DNA of 62,984 bases, the filler included, from Reclinomonas americana ATCC 50394 (lineage: Eukaryota): the NCBI GenBank assembly GCA_048213135.1. It is 6 parts of 4 records of this genome, joined end to end, with 100 filler letters (N's around TTAATTAATTAA, not from the genome) between each part and the next. Parts side by side here need not be neighbours in the genome. Positions count along the whole stretch, not along the records: positions 37,522 to 39,672 come from PS015184.1; positions 39,773 to 55,116 come from PS015185.1; positions 55,217 to 59,808 come from PS015185.1; 3 more parts are not named here. One strand, 5' to 3'. Below are positions 37,422 to 58,993 of this stretch, one piece after another. Under the pieces are notes generated by a model, which saw nothing but the letters and a program-made list of their open reading frames with translations, had not been told where the DNA came from and ran no database searches. The first letter of the stretch is position 1, and every line of letters starts with the position of its first letter. The position numbers and the translations under genes were made by a program.

Positions 37422-39294
37422 NNNNNNNNNNNNNNNNNNNNNNNNNNNNNNNNNNNNNNNNNNNNTTAATTAATTAANNNNNNNNNNNNNNNNNNNNNNN
37501 NNNNNNNNNNNNNNNNNNNNNGGGCTGCTTGGATGTGCAGCTGATGCCACGGCACACACGAGAATCAATTGAGCAGCGAGTCAGCGACACCTCACACCTC
37601 GGATCGACCCACAGCGAGGTTGATGAGGGCACGATGATGGCACAAGGAACAGGAGAGGAGAGACCAGCATAGCAGCACAGCGATGGAAGAGGCAGCTGTG
37701 TTGTGAGACTAGTACTCGCCTCCCTCTCACCCCTGGCCAGGCACAATCAACCTCGTGACTTCAATCACACTCACAGTCAGTCGGTGAATCGTCTCATGCA
37801 TGTACTGTGAGGCACAGAACCACGTGTCTTCGCGCATGCCAGTAACTTGCCAGCACGCCTATGTTCATGGCACACACCGAACTGAGTCAGTTGATCTCCG
37901 AGTCTCATCAACTTTCTCCTCAGTGCAGATACAGAACACGCACGCACCATGTGTTGCTGGCTGAGCATGCGTCTAAAGTCACCCATGGCCACCACCATTG
38001 TCACCTGGCAGTGACAGCAGCAACCAAGGTGTGCACATCATCGATCCGCTCCGACTTGCCAGCCGGGATTGAAAACGATCCNNNNNNNNNNNNNNNNNNN
38101 NNNNNNNNNNNNNNNNNNNNNNNNNNNNNNNNNNNNNNACGGACCAGGCCATCCATCGCACATCACGGCACGCATGTGTACACCCACCCAGCCATGCACT
38201 CCTTGACGAGCACGGCCTGCATAATTGAGGTGAGTGGGAGAAAAAGAGGAAAGAAAGATCACGCCGAACAAGTCCACACACCTGCATCGTGCATCGGTGG
38301 CATTCAGGTGTGGAGCCGACTGAGTGAGGTGACAGCCGGCAGCGGGCGATGCACAGCACGCCTGCAATCATTACGGAACAACGAGGGGGACCTGCTCCTA
38401 AGGTGTCTGCATGTCGGTACACTGTGAGCGAAGAATGGAGGAAGGAGAGAGATATCTGCTCTGTCTCACGTGACAAACACACCGATCAGCACCTGATACC
38501 AACACACGGGATCGGTCAAGAGGCAAGCCAAGGGACGGTTCTGCACACACATCCATCCTACGAGAGAGAGAGAGAGAAAGAGAGAGAGAGCAGAGTCAGC
38601 ATGCAGTCATGCCACCTCACACACTTCGGCATCGGGAAGCTCACCATGATGGACTGGCAGGATGGCAATCGGAACACGGTGAGCGGACCAGCATGTTCGG
38701 CCTTGAGCGAATGCGGGAAAGAGGGGCGGATTACTGGGGAAGCAGATGAGCGCACAAAGGCAGGGAGATGGCGGAGAAAGAGAGAGAGAGACTCTGTAAG
38801 GTACAGAGAGAGAGAGAGAGAGAGCGGAATGACATGCATTCTTAAGCTTCAGAGTCGGAAGGAGAATGTCCGCGGCGCACAGGCAAAATAGGAAGCACAG
38901 CAGTGATGACAAAGTGGTGCGCGAAAGAAGACGCGAGAAAACAGACGTCGTTGACTCGCTCTCCTGAGGCACATACATGCACGACTCATGGCGCAAGCAC
39001 AACAGACATCACAACGAGACAACAAACGCAAGAGACTCCCAGGTGATTCACCGAGCATGCACACAAAATGGAGGTGAGAAAGAGACACGCACACAGAGGG
39101 AGACATGCTTCACGACCGCAGACTATCATTCACATGAAAGGAGAACAAGCACAACAACGACCTCTCTCTCCTCCTCTGTCGTCCTCTCTTCCCCCACCCA
39201 CGCCCACATGATCACCCACTCTCCCCCGCAAGACACGAAAAAACAACTCACGATCACCAGCAGCCACCGCTCTCCCACCCTTTGGCTCACCTTC

Positions 39295-40143
39295 TCAGCA
39301 CCGGAAAAGGACGACCTCGGCATCCTCGACGATGAAGCAGCGCAGAACCAGCTCGGGAAGACACAGTGAATCTACTTCATCCTCGGTGGCACTCCGCTCC
39401 TCCTGCATCTCCTGCACAGCTCGCATGGCCGAGCGCGCGGAGTCGAGTTCGAAGCCAGCAAGGCCACGCGGCGTGGACCGCACTCGCACGGTCTCGTCGT
39501 AGCCACCCGCGCTCACAATGTGCTGACCATCGGGAGAGACGGCCACAGACGACACCCATCCAGTGTGTCCCTCCAACTTTCGTACTTCCTCGCCGCCACT
39601 CGCCAGAGACCACATCCGCACGGTGCTGTCCTCGCTCCCACTCACGACATGCTGGCCGTCGGGAGTAACAGCNNNNNNNNNNNNNNNNNNNNNNNNNNNN
39701 NNNNNNNNNNNNNNNNTTAATTAATTAANNNNNNNNNNNNNNNNNNNNNNNNNNNNNNNNNNNNNNNNNNNNACCTCCTCCCCACTCGCCAGCGACCACA
39801 CCCGGATGGTGCTGTCTCCACCGCCACTCACGATGTACTGACCATCGGGGGTGACGACGACACAATACACCCATAAAGTGTGTCCCACCAGCCGTCGCAC
39901 CTCCATCCCACTCTCCAGCAACCACACACGTAGGGTGTTGTCTCCACCTCCACTCACGATGTGCTGGCCATCAGGGGTGACGGCGACAGACCACACCGAA
40001 CCAGTGTGTCCATCCAGTCGTCGCACCTCTTTGCCACTCGCCAGTGACCACACGCGAATGATTCCGTCCACACACCCACCAACAATGTGCTTGCCATCGG
40101 GAGTGACCGTGACGGATCCCACAACAGCGAGACTCTGAATGAT
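39295..40143 (-). CDS. WD40-repeat protein with highly similar 42-aa repeats (3' part; split by a linker)
   Basis: Repeats GHTGSVWSVAVTPDGQHIVSGGGDNTLRVW etc., followed by a unique helical/acidic tail ending at 39295. Confidence 0.8.
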
Positions 40144-41245
40144 CTGTGCCGATCATTCGCGGTGAGACGCACATGTACACACAGCAGCGACATTCGAAGA
40201 CACGCACATGCACAAACAACTGCCGCACACATGCACAAGCACACGAATGCACGCACAGACACCAACCACGCAAAAGTGCGCACACATTCACACCTTTGTT
40301 GCCATTCTCCGTGTGTGCGCGCGAGAAAGAGAAAGAGAGTTTGTGTGCGTGTGTGTGTGTGTGCTCGTGTGTGTGTGTTCGTGTGGGTGATGTGTTATGT
40401 GTGAACTGATTCATCCGACGGAACATCAACATCAACTCTCGCGCGTGCGCGTGCGCCTCGCGGTGCCGTCTGTGTCTCAGTGCCCCCTGTCTCTCTGCGT
40501 CCCCGTCGTGGTGCTCCATTCTCAACCAGCAATGTGAGCGAGATGTTGCGGCATTGAATGTGAATGCATGCATGCATATTCGGAGCCTGTTCATCTCGCG
40601 ATCGACACGCCATGAGCATCACTTCCCTCTGAGCCACGCATGTGGGTCGGGTGGAGAGGCAACACCACACGATTCAGAAAGAGAGCGAAGAAGCAGCGCA
40701 GTTCGTGAGTGGTGTGCGACAAACCAGTTGTCAGGGCACACACGCACGCACGGGAAACGAGTGCGCAGGGCAAGTGCACTCTCTCTCCCCGTGGCGTGTG
40801 TAACGAGAAGAGTGGCCATCTGAATCGATGCCTGACGCGCTCTCCATGTTCACGCGGTGCCAGTGTGAGAGGGGGAGGCGGGCGATGATGCCACTTCAAA
40901 AAGCTGCAGCTGCAGGTTGGCATCTCCACTGCGTTCGAATGACAGGGCGAAATGAAGGCACAAGCACAAGGCGGGTGTGGGTGGGAGAGCGAGGACTCGC
41001 TCAACGCCGAGCAGAACGCGTGTCTGTTCATTCCATGGTCTCATCTCAATCGACCACACACACATCCATCGCACTCGGCATGCTCTTCTTGCAATCCCAC
41101 TGCACTGCACTGCAATGTGCTGTATTTGCTTCCCGGCTGCCTGCACTTGGCAAGGCAGTGGAGAAGCACGTGTGAGGCGGTGTGGCTGTCAACACGACAG
41201 AGTTGCGCGCATTGACAGCCATCGGTCTTCGCATATTCATTGAGC

Positions 41246-41554
41246 TCACTCCGTCCAGCACCATGCAGGCGCACGGCGTTGAATCACCTCTGCATCCTCC
41301 AGCACAAAACACCGCAGCACAACATCGACCAGGATCCAGTCATGGTCGCCGTCTTCTTCGGCAAGCAGCTCGTTGACGGCCAGCACGGCGGATTGTGCGG
41401 CCGCAAGCTCTTGCCCCGCCAGCCCACGCGGCGTGGACCACACTCGGATCGTCTCGTCCCGTCTGCCACTTACGACGAGCTGGCCATCGGGGGTAACGAC
41501 GACAGAGTATACCCATCCAGTGTGTTCCCTCCAACCGTCCAACACTGTGCGCAA
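41246..41554 (-). pseudogene. Paralogous WD40 fragment (last repeat plus tail), apparent frameshift at its 5' side
   Basis: HTGWVYSVVVTPDGQLVVSGRRDETIRVWSTPRGLAG...VLRCFVLEDAEV parallels the 39295 gene end; an extra A in GAGGGAACAC breaks RLEGH (could be a homopolymer error). Confidence 0.5.
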
Positions 41555-42339
41555 CTGGAACGAAAGGAAAGTGAGAAGAACCAATCAGATGAGAGAGTGG
41601 GTTGTGCAGCAAGGGGACAGACATCGGCGAACGGGATGCAATGAGGGGAATGAGAGAGGAGTAGCGTGCTGCAATTACGTGGGTGCAAAAAGAAGAAGAG
41701 AAGAGCGGGTAGGCACAAATCGGAGTGGGGAGGAAGAGGAGAGCAAGCGANNNNNNNNNNNNNNNNNNNNGTTCTCTCCTGTGTCAGCTGAGCGCTCTTC
41801 AATGGCTTCCCTTTCAATGCCTCCCTCCTGTCTTCATCGTCCGCTTCTCAAGATCCGCCCTGTTCTCTCTCCTTCCTGTCATGCACTTGCATTGTTCATG
41901 CCTCCGTGCGCCCTCTCTCTCTCTCTCTTCTCGTCTCGCATTGTTCTGCTTCGTGTCGATTGAGGGATGCTTGCTCGTCACTGTGCCGCGTTCCNNNNNN
42001 NNNNNNNNNNNNNNNNNNNNNNNNNNNNNNNNNNNNNNNNNNNNNNNNNNNNNNNNNNNNNNNNNNNNNNNNNNNNNNNNNNNNNNNNNNNNNNNNNNNN
42101 NNNNNNNNNNNNNNNNNNNNNNNNNNNNNNNNNNNNNNNNNNNNNNNNNNNNNNNNNNNNNNNNNNNNNNNNNNNNNNNNNNNNNNNNNNNNNNNNNNNN
42201 NNNNNNNNNNNNNNNNNNNNNNNNNNNNNNNNNNNNNNNNNNNNNNNNNNNNNNNNNNNNNNNNNNNNNNNNNNNNNNNNNNNNNNNNNNNNNNNNNNNN
42301 NNNNNNNNNNNNNNNNNNNNNNNNNNNNNNNNNNNNNNG

Positions 42340-43380
42340 AGACGAGGAGAAGGAGAAAGAGAGTGGGAGGAGGCGTGAAGGATGCAAGTGAAAAAAGTTC
42401 AAGGAAGGAGAAAGGGACCGAAAAGGGAAGTCCTTGAAACACAGAGAGGTGAGGAGAAGGAGAGTGAGAGTGGGAGGAGTCGTGAAGAATGCAAGTGAAA
42501 AAAGATCAAGGAAAAGCAACAAGGGCGGCGCACGGGAAGGGGACAATGCAGAGGAGAGAGGCCAAGAATGGAAGGCAATAGAAGACACAAGAATGAGCGA
42601 AATGAGACGAGACGAGGTGAGGAGAAGGAGAGTGGGAGGAGGCGTGAAGGGTGCAAGTGAAAAGAGATCAAGGAAGGAGAAAGGGACCGAAAGGGAAGTC
42701 CTTGAAGCACAGACAGGTGAGGAGAAGGAGAGTGAGAGTGGGAGGAGTCGTGAAGGATGCAAATGAAAAGAGATCAACGAAAGGCAACAGGGGCGGCTCA
42801 CGGGAAGTGGACAATGGAGAGGAGAGGCCAAGAGAGGAAGGCAATAGAAGACACAAGAAAGAGCGAAACGAGACGAACCGAGGTGAAGGAAAAGGAGAGT
42901 TGGAGGAGTCGTGAAGGATGCCAGTGAATAGAGATCAAGGAAGGAGAAAGGGACCGAAAAGGGAAGTCCTTGAAGCATAGTGAAGAGCGAAACGAGGTGA
43001 AGGAGAAAGAGAGCGATCGCGAGAGGAGGCGTGAACGATGCAAGTGNNNNNNNNNNNNNNNNNNNNAGAGTGGGAGGAGGCGTGAAGAATGCAAGTGAAC
43101 AGAGACCAAGGAAGGAGAGAGGGACCGAAAGGGAAGTCCTTGAAGCACAGTGAAGAGCGAGACGAGGTGAAGGAGAAGGAGAGTGGACAGAGGCGTGAAG
43201 GATGCAAGTGAAAAGAGATCAACGAAAGGCAACAGGGGCGGCTCACGGGAAGTGGACAATGGAGAGGAGGGAGGCAAAGAAAGGAGTGCAATAGAAGACA
43301 CAAGAAGAGCGAAACGAGACGAGACGAGGTGAGGAAAAGGAGAGTGGGAGGAGTCGTGAAGGAAGCAAGTGAATGTGACC
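42340..43380. repeat. Purine-rich degenerate tandem repeat (~100-150-bp units)
   Basis: Recurring GAGAGTGGGAGGAGGCGTGAAGGATGCAAGTGAAAAGAGATCAAGGAA motif, about 8 copies. Confidence 0.8.
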
Positions 43381-43991
43381 AATGCGAGGGATGATGGAGG
43401 TGAGGAAGAACGATCGCGAGGAATAAAGGTGACGTGAATCGCTCACCTGCTCAGCATGTGAGACACAAGAACACAGTCTGCGCAGCGTGTACTCGCTCCG
43501 CGTCATGGGGGCCGCACAAGGCGGGCAAGGAGAGATCTGAATGTGATGCTGGAGCGCGCCATTGCGAGGCACATGCACACATCTCGTCGCCACGGCGCTC
43601 CGTCTCGCACAACACAATAGACAGATGGTGCATGGCAGGCCTCATTCCCCTGCGACATGAGAGCGCATGTGTGAGCAAAAAAAAAAAAAGAGCAGCCGGC
43701 GCTCGTGTTGCATGCACCACAAGCACACACCGATCGACAGAAAATGCGTGTGGGCATTCGAGCAGTCAAGGGACACAGCGGCAAGTGACAGGATGCCGCC
43801 CAGCTGCACCTGCTGAAGTAGAGCATGTGGACCAGACGAGTCGAAATGCGTCCCGCATCTGTCGCAGAAGTGGCATCATGCGTGTCAGTGCATGACCATG
43901 CTGGTCGCCCTCCCTTCAACCTCAATCGCACACAATCCTCCTCTTCTCTCTCTCCACTCTTCTCACCCTCCCGTCAACTCACCCCGCACGT

Positions 43992-44221
43992 GTGTACCGT
44001 CGAACACCACCAGCATCATCAGCTGCTGTGGAGGAGTGTGTGACGGTCGATCAACGCAGAGCCACCAACAGGAAGAACAAGATGCGCCACATTGCGAATC
44101 CGGCGGTGGCCGACGACTGGCTCACACGAGCTCCCATCGATATCACGCCGGCTGACAAGCGACGGTCGAATAGCACCGCTCTCACACAGAATCATCGCCT
44201 GCAGGCGGAGAACGAGAGAAG
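43992..44221 (+). CDS. Possible exon of an unknown gene
   Basis: Open frame (RATNRKNKMRHIANPAVADDWLTRAPIDITP) ending at an AG|GTGAGT donor followed by a pyrimidine-rich intron-like tract; no family recognised. Confidence 0.3.
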
Positions 44222-44314
44222 GTGAGTGTGGGTGCAGGATTGGGCGAAGAAGGAGGGCGTAGAGAGTGAATCGGTGAATCTGAAGCGAGAGGGNNNNNNN
44301 NNNNNNNNNNNNNC

Positions 44315-45710
44315 CCTCGTTGAATCATCGCTCTGTTGTTCTCTCTGCCTCTTTATTCTCTTCTGCTTTCTTCTCTTCCTTCGCATCTTCCCTCTCCCCT
44401 TCCGTCTTTACCCTCGTTGAATCATCGCTCTGTTGTTGTCTCTTCCTCTTCCTTCTCTTTCCCTTCCGTCTTCATCCTCCTCTAACCTGTACTCTGCCTC
44501 GTTGAATCATTGCACTGTTATCTCTTCCTCTTTATTCTCTTCTGTTTTCTTCACTTCTTTCGCATCTTCCCTTTCCCTTCCGTGTTCTCCCTCGTTGAAT
44601 CATTGCTCTGCTGTTGTCTCTGCCTCTTCATTCTCTTCTGTTTTCTTCTCTTCTATCGCATCTTCCCTCTCCCCTTCCGTCCTCATCCTCCTCTTGCCTG
44701 TACTCTGCCTCTCCCTTCTCTTCTGCTCCTTCGCATCTTCCCTCTCCCCTTCCGTCTCCATCCTCCTGGTTGCCTGTACTCTGCCTGTCTCTGTACCCCT
44801 CTCCCCCCTCTCCGCCTTGTCCGTCATGCCACCGTTGCTTCTTCTGTCTNNNNNNNNNNNNNNNNNNNNNNNNNNNNNNNNNNNNNNNNNNNNNNNNNNN
44901 NNNNNNNNNNNNNNNNNNNNNNNNNNNNNNNNNNNNNNNNNNNNNNNNNNNNNNNNNNNNNNNNNNNNNNNNNNNNNNNNNNNNNNNNNNNNNNNNNNNN
45001 NNNNNNNNNNNNNNNNNNNNNNNNNNNNNNNNNNNNNNNNNNNNNNNNNNNNNNNNNNNNNNNNNNNNNNNNNNNNNNNNNNNNNNNNNNNNNNNNNNNN
45101 NNNNNNNNNNNNNNNNNNNNNNNNNNNNNNNNNNNNNNNNNNNNNNNNNNNNNNNNNNTGAAGACAGAAGAGAAAGGGAAGATGCGAAGGAAGAAAAAGC
45201 AGAAGAGAAGGAAGAGGCAGAGACAACAACTGAGCGATGATTCAACGAGGATAAAAAAGAAGGAAGGGAAGATGCGAAGGAAGAAAAAGCAGAAGAGAAG
45301 GAAGAGGCAGAGACAACAACTGAGCGATGATTCAACGAGGATAAAAAAGAAGGAAGGGAAAGGGAAGACGCGAAGGAAGAGAAAGCAGAAGGGGAAAAGA
45401 GGCGGAGACAACAGAGCGATGATTCAATGAGGGTGAAGACGGAAGGGGAAAGGGAAGATGAGAAGGAAGGGAAAGCAGAAGAGAAGGGAGAGGCAGAGAC
45501 AACAACAGAGCGATGATTCAGTGAGGGAGAACACGGAAGGGAAAGGGAAGACGCGAAGGAAGAGAAAGCAGAAAGAGAAGGAAGAGGCAGAGACAACGGG
45601 TGAAGACGGAAGGGAAAGGGAAGACGCGAAGGAAGAGAAAGCGAAAGAGGGGGCGGAGGGGGAAGAGAGAATGAGGAGGAAGAGATAACAGAGCGATGAT
45701 TCAACAAGGG
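44315..45710. repeat. ~90-bp minisatellite present in opposite orientations either side of a gap
   Basis: CCTCGTTGAATCATCGCTCTGTTG units at 44315-44620; reverse-complement CAACAGAGCGATGATTCAACGAGG units at 45160-45710. Confidence 0.8.
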
Positions 45711-46955
45711 TGGAGAGGAGAGAGAGAGGCGATTGCATGAACGCACAGATGCACATCCATCTGTCACTCTGACCAGAGCCAAGGATGAGAATGGAAGGGC
45801 ACAAAAGAGAGAGAGAGGAGGAAGAAGAGAACGCAGGAGGAGAACGAGTGTGTGGGGATTTGATCAACAGACGCAAAGTGACTCATCCACGACGCATACG
45901 CACGCNNNNNNNNNNNNNNNNNNNNCCAGGATCGTGCTGCTGAACAGACACCATGGATGAATGAGTGAGCGAGGAGAGCGAGAGCGGGGGAGAAGGAACA
46001 ATGCAACAGGGACAACTCACAGAGACGTCCGAGCCTTGCGATGCATGCACCGGCGACGGTGGAGACAGGGAAAGAGACAACTCTCCATTTGAGCAGGAAC
46101 ACGGATCGAGCTGCTGAACAGACACAATGAATGAATGAGTGAGTGAGGCACACGCGGTTGGTTTCCCATCCACACCCCATGGCCAAGGCGCTCATACGCA
46201 CGTACCTCCAAAAGATGCCCATGTCGCCACATCCAGCAGGTCATCTTCTTTTCTCCTTCGCCTCCTCCCCCTCCTCCTCAAGGAGAAGACGATGAAATGG
46301 CACAACAGCAATTTGGTGGAGGCGAACTGGGATCAATAATCGTCCAGATGGAGGAGGTGGAGGTGTGAGTCGCGCTCCATGAGTGTCTCTTGCATCATCA
46401 ACGAGAGCGTCTGTGCGAGCAGGAAACCATGCTGATGAGTGAGAGCACGCAGCGTGAGATCTAGAAGAGAGAAAAAGGGGGAGAAACAGGACGATGGCGT
46501 GCTGCGGTGCGGAGGTTACTCTTTTCTTCATTTCTTTAACGACCAGTCTTCCTCTCTCTCTCCCCACACCGACACCGCTTCTTGCGTCAGGTACACGAAG
46601 ATTGATCTTCCTTCTGTGTTCTGCAAGCCAACGGCTCAAAATGGCAACAACAGCAACCACACACACACGAAGACATTCACTCGTTGCGCATCGGAAGAAA
46701 AGAAAACGGGACAAGCGGCGGACAGCACGGCCGTGAGAACAAAGTGGGTGGAGAGAGAAGAGAGAAGAGAAAGAGAGTAGGGATGACGAATGAGGGAAGG
46801 AAGAGTGATTNNNNNNNNNNNNNNNNNNNNTCCCTTATTCTTCTCCTTCCTCATCTCTTATCTTCCTTCTCTTTATTTCCCTTCCCCCCTCCACTATCCC
46901 CCTCATCTCCGTCTTCCCTCCACCGTTCCCCTCATCACCCTTTCCCTGTGCACAG

Positions 46956-49900
46956 GAGTTCTGCGAGGCCCTCCTCCCACCCCCCAAAGCCGTGGCCACC
47001 ATCGCTGCCGCCTCCTCACCGTCCGCCATCTCCGAACACGACGTAGTCACCGTGCAGACCTACCAAAAGACGGTGCGTGGCATGCTCGACGAGGCTTTCG
47101 AGGGCGTGGCCAAGAACGTGAAGGCAAGTCGACAGGGGGAGGAGGAGATGAGAGAAAGCTCACTTGCCAACTTGTGCATCACGTGCAGGTCCGTTTCACC
47201 CAACTGTACCGCTCTCGCGTCGAAACAATTACCCTGTACCGCCTCTCCAACTTGCTCGAATTCTACGCCGAGACGCACGAGTCGATTCTCGGGTCGCAGG
47301 CGCGGTTAACCGCCGCACTGGCAGAGTGAGTGTGATGTGCTCTCTATTGTGACTCGCGCCTGTTCAACCATGGTTGTATCACAGACTGGCGCACGAGACA
47401 CGACAGCAGTTCTTCAAGGAGCTGAGGGCATCCGCTGAGAAGCTGTTGGACAATCCGCCAGTTTCGTGCGGAAGAGAATGTCGTGGAGGAGGGCTATTCT
47501 CTGACACCCTGAGCAATATCGCAGATGTGCCCACAAGATCTCTCACCTCCGTATGCCATCATGGAGGTCGCCAAGATATTGGTGAGGGCGCAGCAACCTG
47601 CAGTTCGGAGAACCAAAGCACTCACTTGTCCTGCAGCAAGAGATCCTGGCCACCATTCGCACCTCACTGACGACCCACAGCGACGCCGATGCAGTTGCGT
47701 GCGAGACGACAAGTCCATGAGCTTCCTCCTTTTCAGAAACTCGTCCAACTCTGTTTCTCGCACTCTGTCTTCTATTTTGTCATTGTATCCTTCAGTCTCT
47801 CCCTCTCAATCCTGCACTCTATTGTCTCGGTCGCCTGACGTTCCACTCGAATCTCTTTCGTCTCTCTGTCTTTCTCTCTCTCTCTCTCTGTGACTCTCTT
47901 TCTCTCTTGCTTTCTAATCATCATTTTCAACTGCCTGCCCTCTCCCCTTCTTCTTCAGTCCTTCAGGTGTGCTTCTCTATATCTCCATTGTCAGACTTGC
48001 GCTGCATCTTCACAAGTTTCCACTTTGTTTATCTCCCTTTCTCTCTTCCTCCGACAATCTCACATCAATCAACTTCTCGTTAAGTTGTCGCTGTCGTCTG
48101 ACTCTCTTTTCTCACTCCCTCTTTGCTCTCTCTTTCATCGGTCAGTTCTGCTTCTGCATTCTCTCCTGGTGTTTGTTCTCTTTTCCTTCATCGCTCAGCC
48201 AGTCTCACTCAGTCTTCTTGACTCTTCATCTCGTCTGCTTTGCTCACCCCTCCCCTTCCCTTCCCCCTCCCTCATAATCCTTCCCCTTCACCACCCTTCC
48301 CCTTCATCGCCCTTCCCCTTCATCACCTTGCCTTTCATCGTCATCACTCTTCCCCTTCATCCCCCTTCCCATTCATCACCCTTCCCTTCATCACCCTTTC
48401 CCCTCGTCCACCCTTCCCCTCCCCCACCCTTTCCCTGTTTGCAGGCCTCGGAGGTCGACACCGCGAGCATCGCCGACGGCAGCACCGTGGACACCGACAC
48501 ACGCACCGCCCTCGCCTGCGTCATCGAGCCGGGCGTCGCCCTCGTGCGCGCCTGCAGCCGGTCGCTGGACTCCCTCGATTCCGCACAGTTTTCCATCAAC
48601 GCGCTGCGAGTGCTGGAGGTGAGCGGGGAGTGGGGGGGCAGCGATATTCTGAGCAGCAGCAGACCCATGACCTTATTGATGCGCAGCAACCCTTCGTCAA
48701 CCTGCGTTACGAGGGCTCTGAACGGCGTCTCCTCGAGTCGCTGATAGAGCAGACACTCGACACACTGGTGCAGGAGCAGTCGACGCAGATTCTCTCGCGT
48801 TGTGGTTTCGCCGATAAGCTGCATTTGGTTGAGGAGGCGGACAAGGCGGCGAAGGTGAGGAGAGGGAGTGAGAGGGAGGGAGAGGGAGGGAGAGAGAGAG
48901 AGAGGGATGAAGGCGCTGCATGGCATCGACAACTTGTAATAGAGTCGAACTCTATACTGTACCAATACTTTGTGGCGAGTCACGTGTTTGCACTGGCCTC
49001 GACGCGTGCCCTCGTGCTGGGGGAAGGGACATCTTTGCTCGCCTCGTTCCTTTGAACCAAGATGACTGCAGCTACTTTCCTCTTTGATCTCTTCTGCCGC
49101 TTTGGACTCCTGGACTTCATTGTATCGAGCATCTCAGACCTTATCAGTGAAGGCACATTTCTCCACACTGCTCGTCTCATTCTGCTGTCTATTGTCACTT
49201 GCTGCTCATTGTTATGAAATTCAATCTCCTCTGTCTCCTTCCTGCTCTCTCTCGCTCTCTCTCTCTCTCTCTCTGTGCCACACTTTGTGCTCTCTGTCAT
49301 ATTAGTCTCGCTCGCCTCTGTCTCTTACTCTCTCTTTCTTGCTCTCATCGCGCTCGTCACATATCATTCCGTCCCTTTGTCACTCTTTCTCCACTTGTTG
49401 CCCATGTCAACCGCTATCTCTCGTCTATTTTTCGTGTCATCGTCTCTTTCTTCTTCCTACCTGTTCTCTCTCTTTTCCCATCACACTGCACGTCTGTCGC
49501 TCCTGCTGCCTTACTTTCTCTCTTCCAAGTCTCCTCCGGCGACATTGCTCTGCTGCTGCTCAGTGCGGTGTTGTCCATTCTACTCTTCTCTCCATTGTGT
49601 TACTCTCGCAAGGCATCCGCCTCTCGTCCCATCTCTGTCATTCGCTCGCGATCATCCTCGTCATTCTCTTCATGTTGCGCTCATCGTTCATTCTTGTCGT
49701 TTTCTCTCTTGTCCTTCTCCTCATCATCGTCTCCTCTTTTACCCCTTCTCCTAACAATTCTCTTCCACTCTCCTCATCCTCCCTTCCCCTTGTCTCCCCT
49801 CTTCCTCCTCTTCCTCCCTTTCCCCCTCCATTCCCCTTCCCTTCTCAACCCTTCTCCGTGTCCCCTTTCCCTGCAGAGCGGTGACATCAAACTCTACTCC

Positions 49901-50179
49901 ACCATCGACGGCCTCGACGAAACCAGCATGGCCTACACCATGCACGGCTTCTACAGCTCGCTCTTCCAGGTGGGCTCGGCGCTCGTGCCACCACTGGAGC
50001 GCCTGCAAAACGTGCGGCAGCGTCTGGCGGTGCGCAAGCGTGTGGCCGACGCCGTGGTCATTGGCTACCGACGCCTCTTCTTGGCGCTCATGGATCGCGA
50101 GCGCGGTGGCTATCGTCAACCGGAGACCATTGTATATCACACGGAGCAGCAGGTCAAGACGCTGCTGGATGCCGACTAA
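46956..50179 (+). CDS. COG6: Conserved oligomeric Golgi complex subunit 6 (3' half; 5' part not assembled here)
   Basis: Spliced: AFEGVAKNVK|VRFTQ...ITLYRLSNLLEFY...PQDLSPP...DTLVQEQSTQILSRCG...LERLQ...IVYHTEQQVKTLL, matching COG6 C-terminal motifs. Confidence 0.85.
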
Positions 50180-50229
50180 GAGAGAGAGACAGACAGATGG
50201 TAAACTCTAATGGTTGCGCACTATATTAC

Positions 50230-53948
<3,719 letters not shown>

Positions 53949-54514
53949 GTGGAAAAGGAAGAATGAGGACGGAGGACAAGTCCCTTCGTTCTTGCATGAC
54001 TTCGCGTCCAGTTTTGCCTCTCAAATCATGCACTCAGCGGCGACCTTGTCTCGGCCTTTGGCTCCTTCCACTGCAGACCCTTTCGAGCGAACGTTGTCTT
54101 GTTTAACGTTTGCATGCGCACCAACACAACATCTGCTCCTCTCACTTCCTCTTCCTCTTCTTCTTCTGCTTCCAGCATCCCACGTCGTCTTTCGTCAACC
54201 TCAAACACCAGTCCACTGTCTTCTTCTTCACTCTCGGTACTGTGAAAGGAAGAATGCAGTGAGAAGCCGCTTCTTGCAACACGCCAACCTTGACCTCCAA
54301 GGGTCGGTCTCTTTCAAGTCCCCTTGCTCCCAGTCACACCTCCTCCTCCTCTCTTCCTCATCTTCCTCTTCTTCTACAATCCCATGTCACCTCTCATCGT
54401 GCTGATGACGTCGCCCGCCCTTTCTCCTTCTCCCATAGTTGTGATTTTTTACAACAACCATACGCATAAGAGGAGGACACATACGACATAACACCTCGTG
54501 AGAGACAGCTGGCC

Positions 54515-58660
<4,146 letters not shown>

Positions 58661-58993
58661 GAGTGAAGAAGAGTGTGCGAATGTGAGCACAAAGAGCGAG
58701 CTTCTTGAGTGGAGAAGGGTGCGTCACACTGTCTCACTGTCGCACACACACAGTCGCAGTGAGGACAAGCGAGCGCGAATGGGCGCGTAACGGTCATTTC
58801 ATGGATAATCAACTGATCGGATCGTGGAAATCAGGGAAAATGGGGTGCGCGCGAGAAGCCATGTGCATGCGCGGCTATAGTAGGGAGTTGGATGTACGCT
58901 AGATTCATACAGAGAGAGCAGCAGAATGGAAAATCGAATTCGCGATCGATACCAATATCGGTTTCCAACAACAACAACAAATTCATTCACCAT

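Noticed and set aside
37522-39100. Possible coding remnants between the EGF and WD40 genes
   Set aside because: No consistent frame, splice chain or recognisable motif could be supported.
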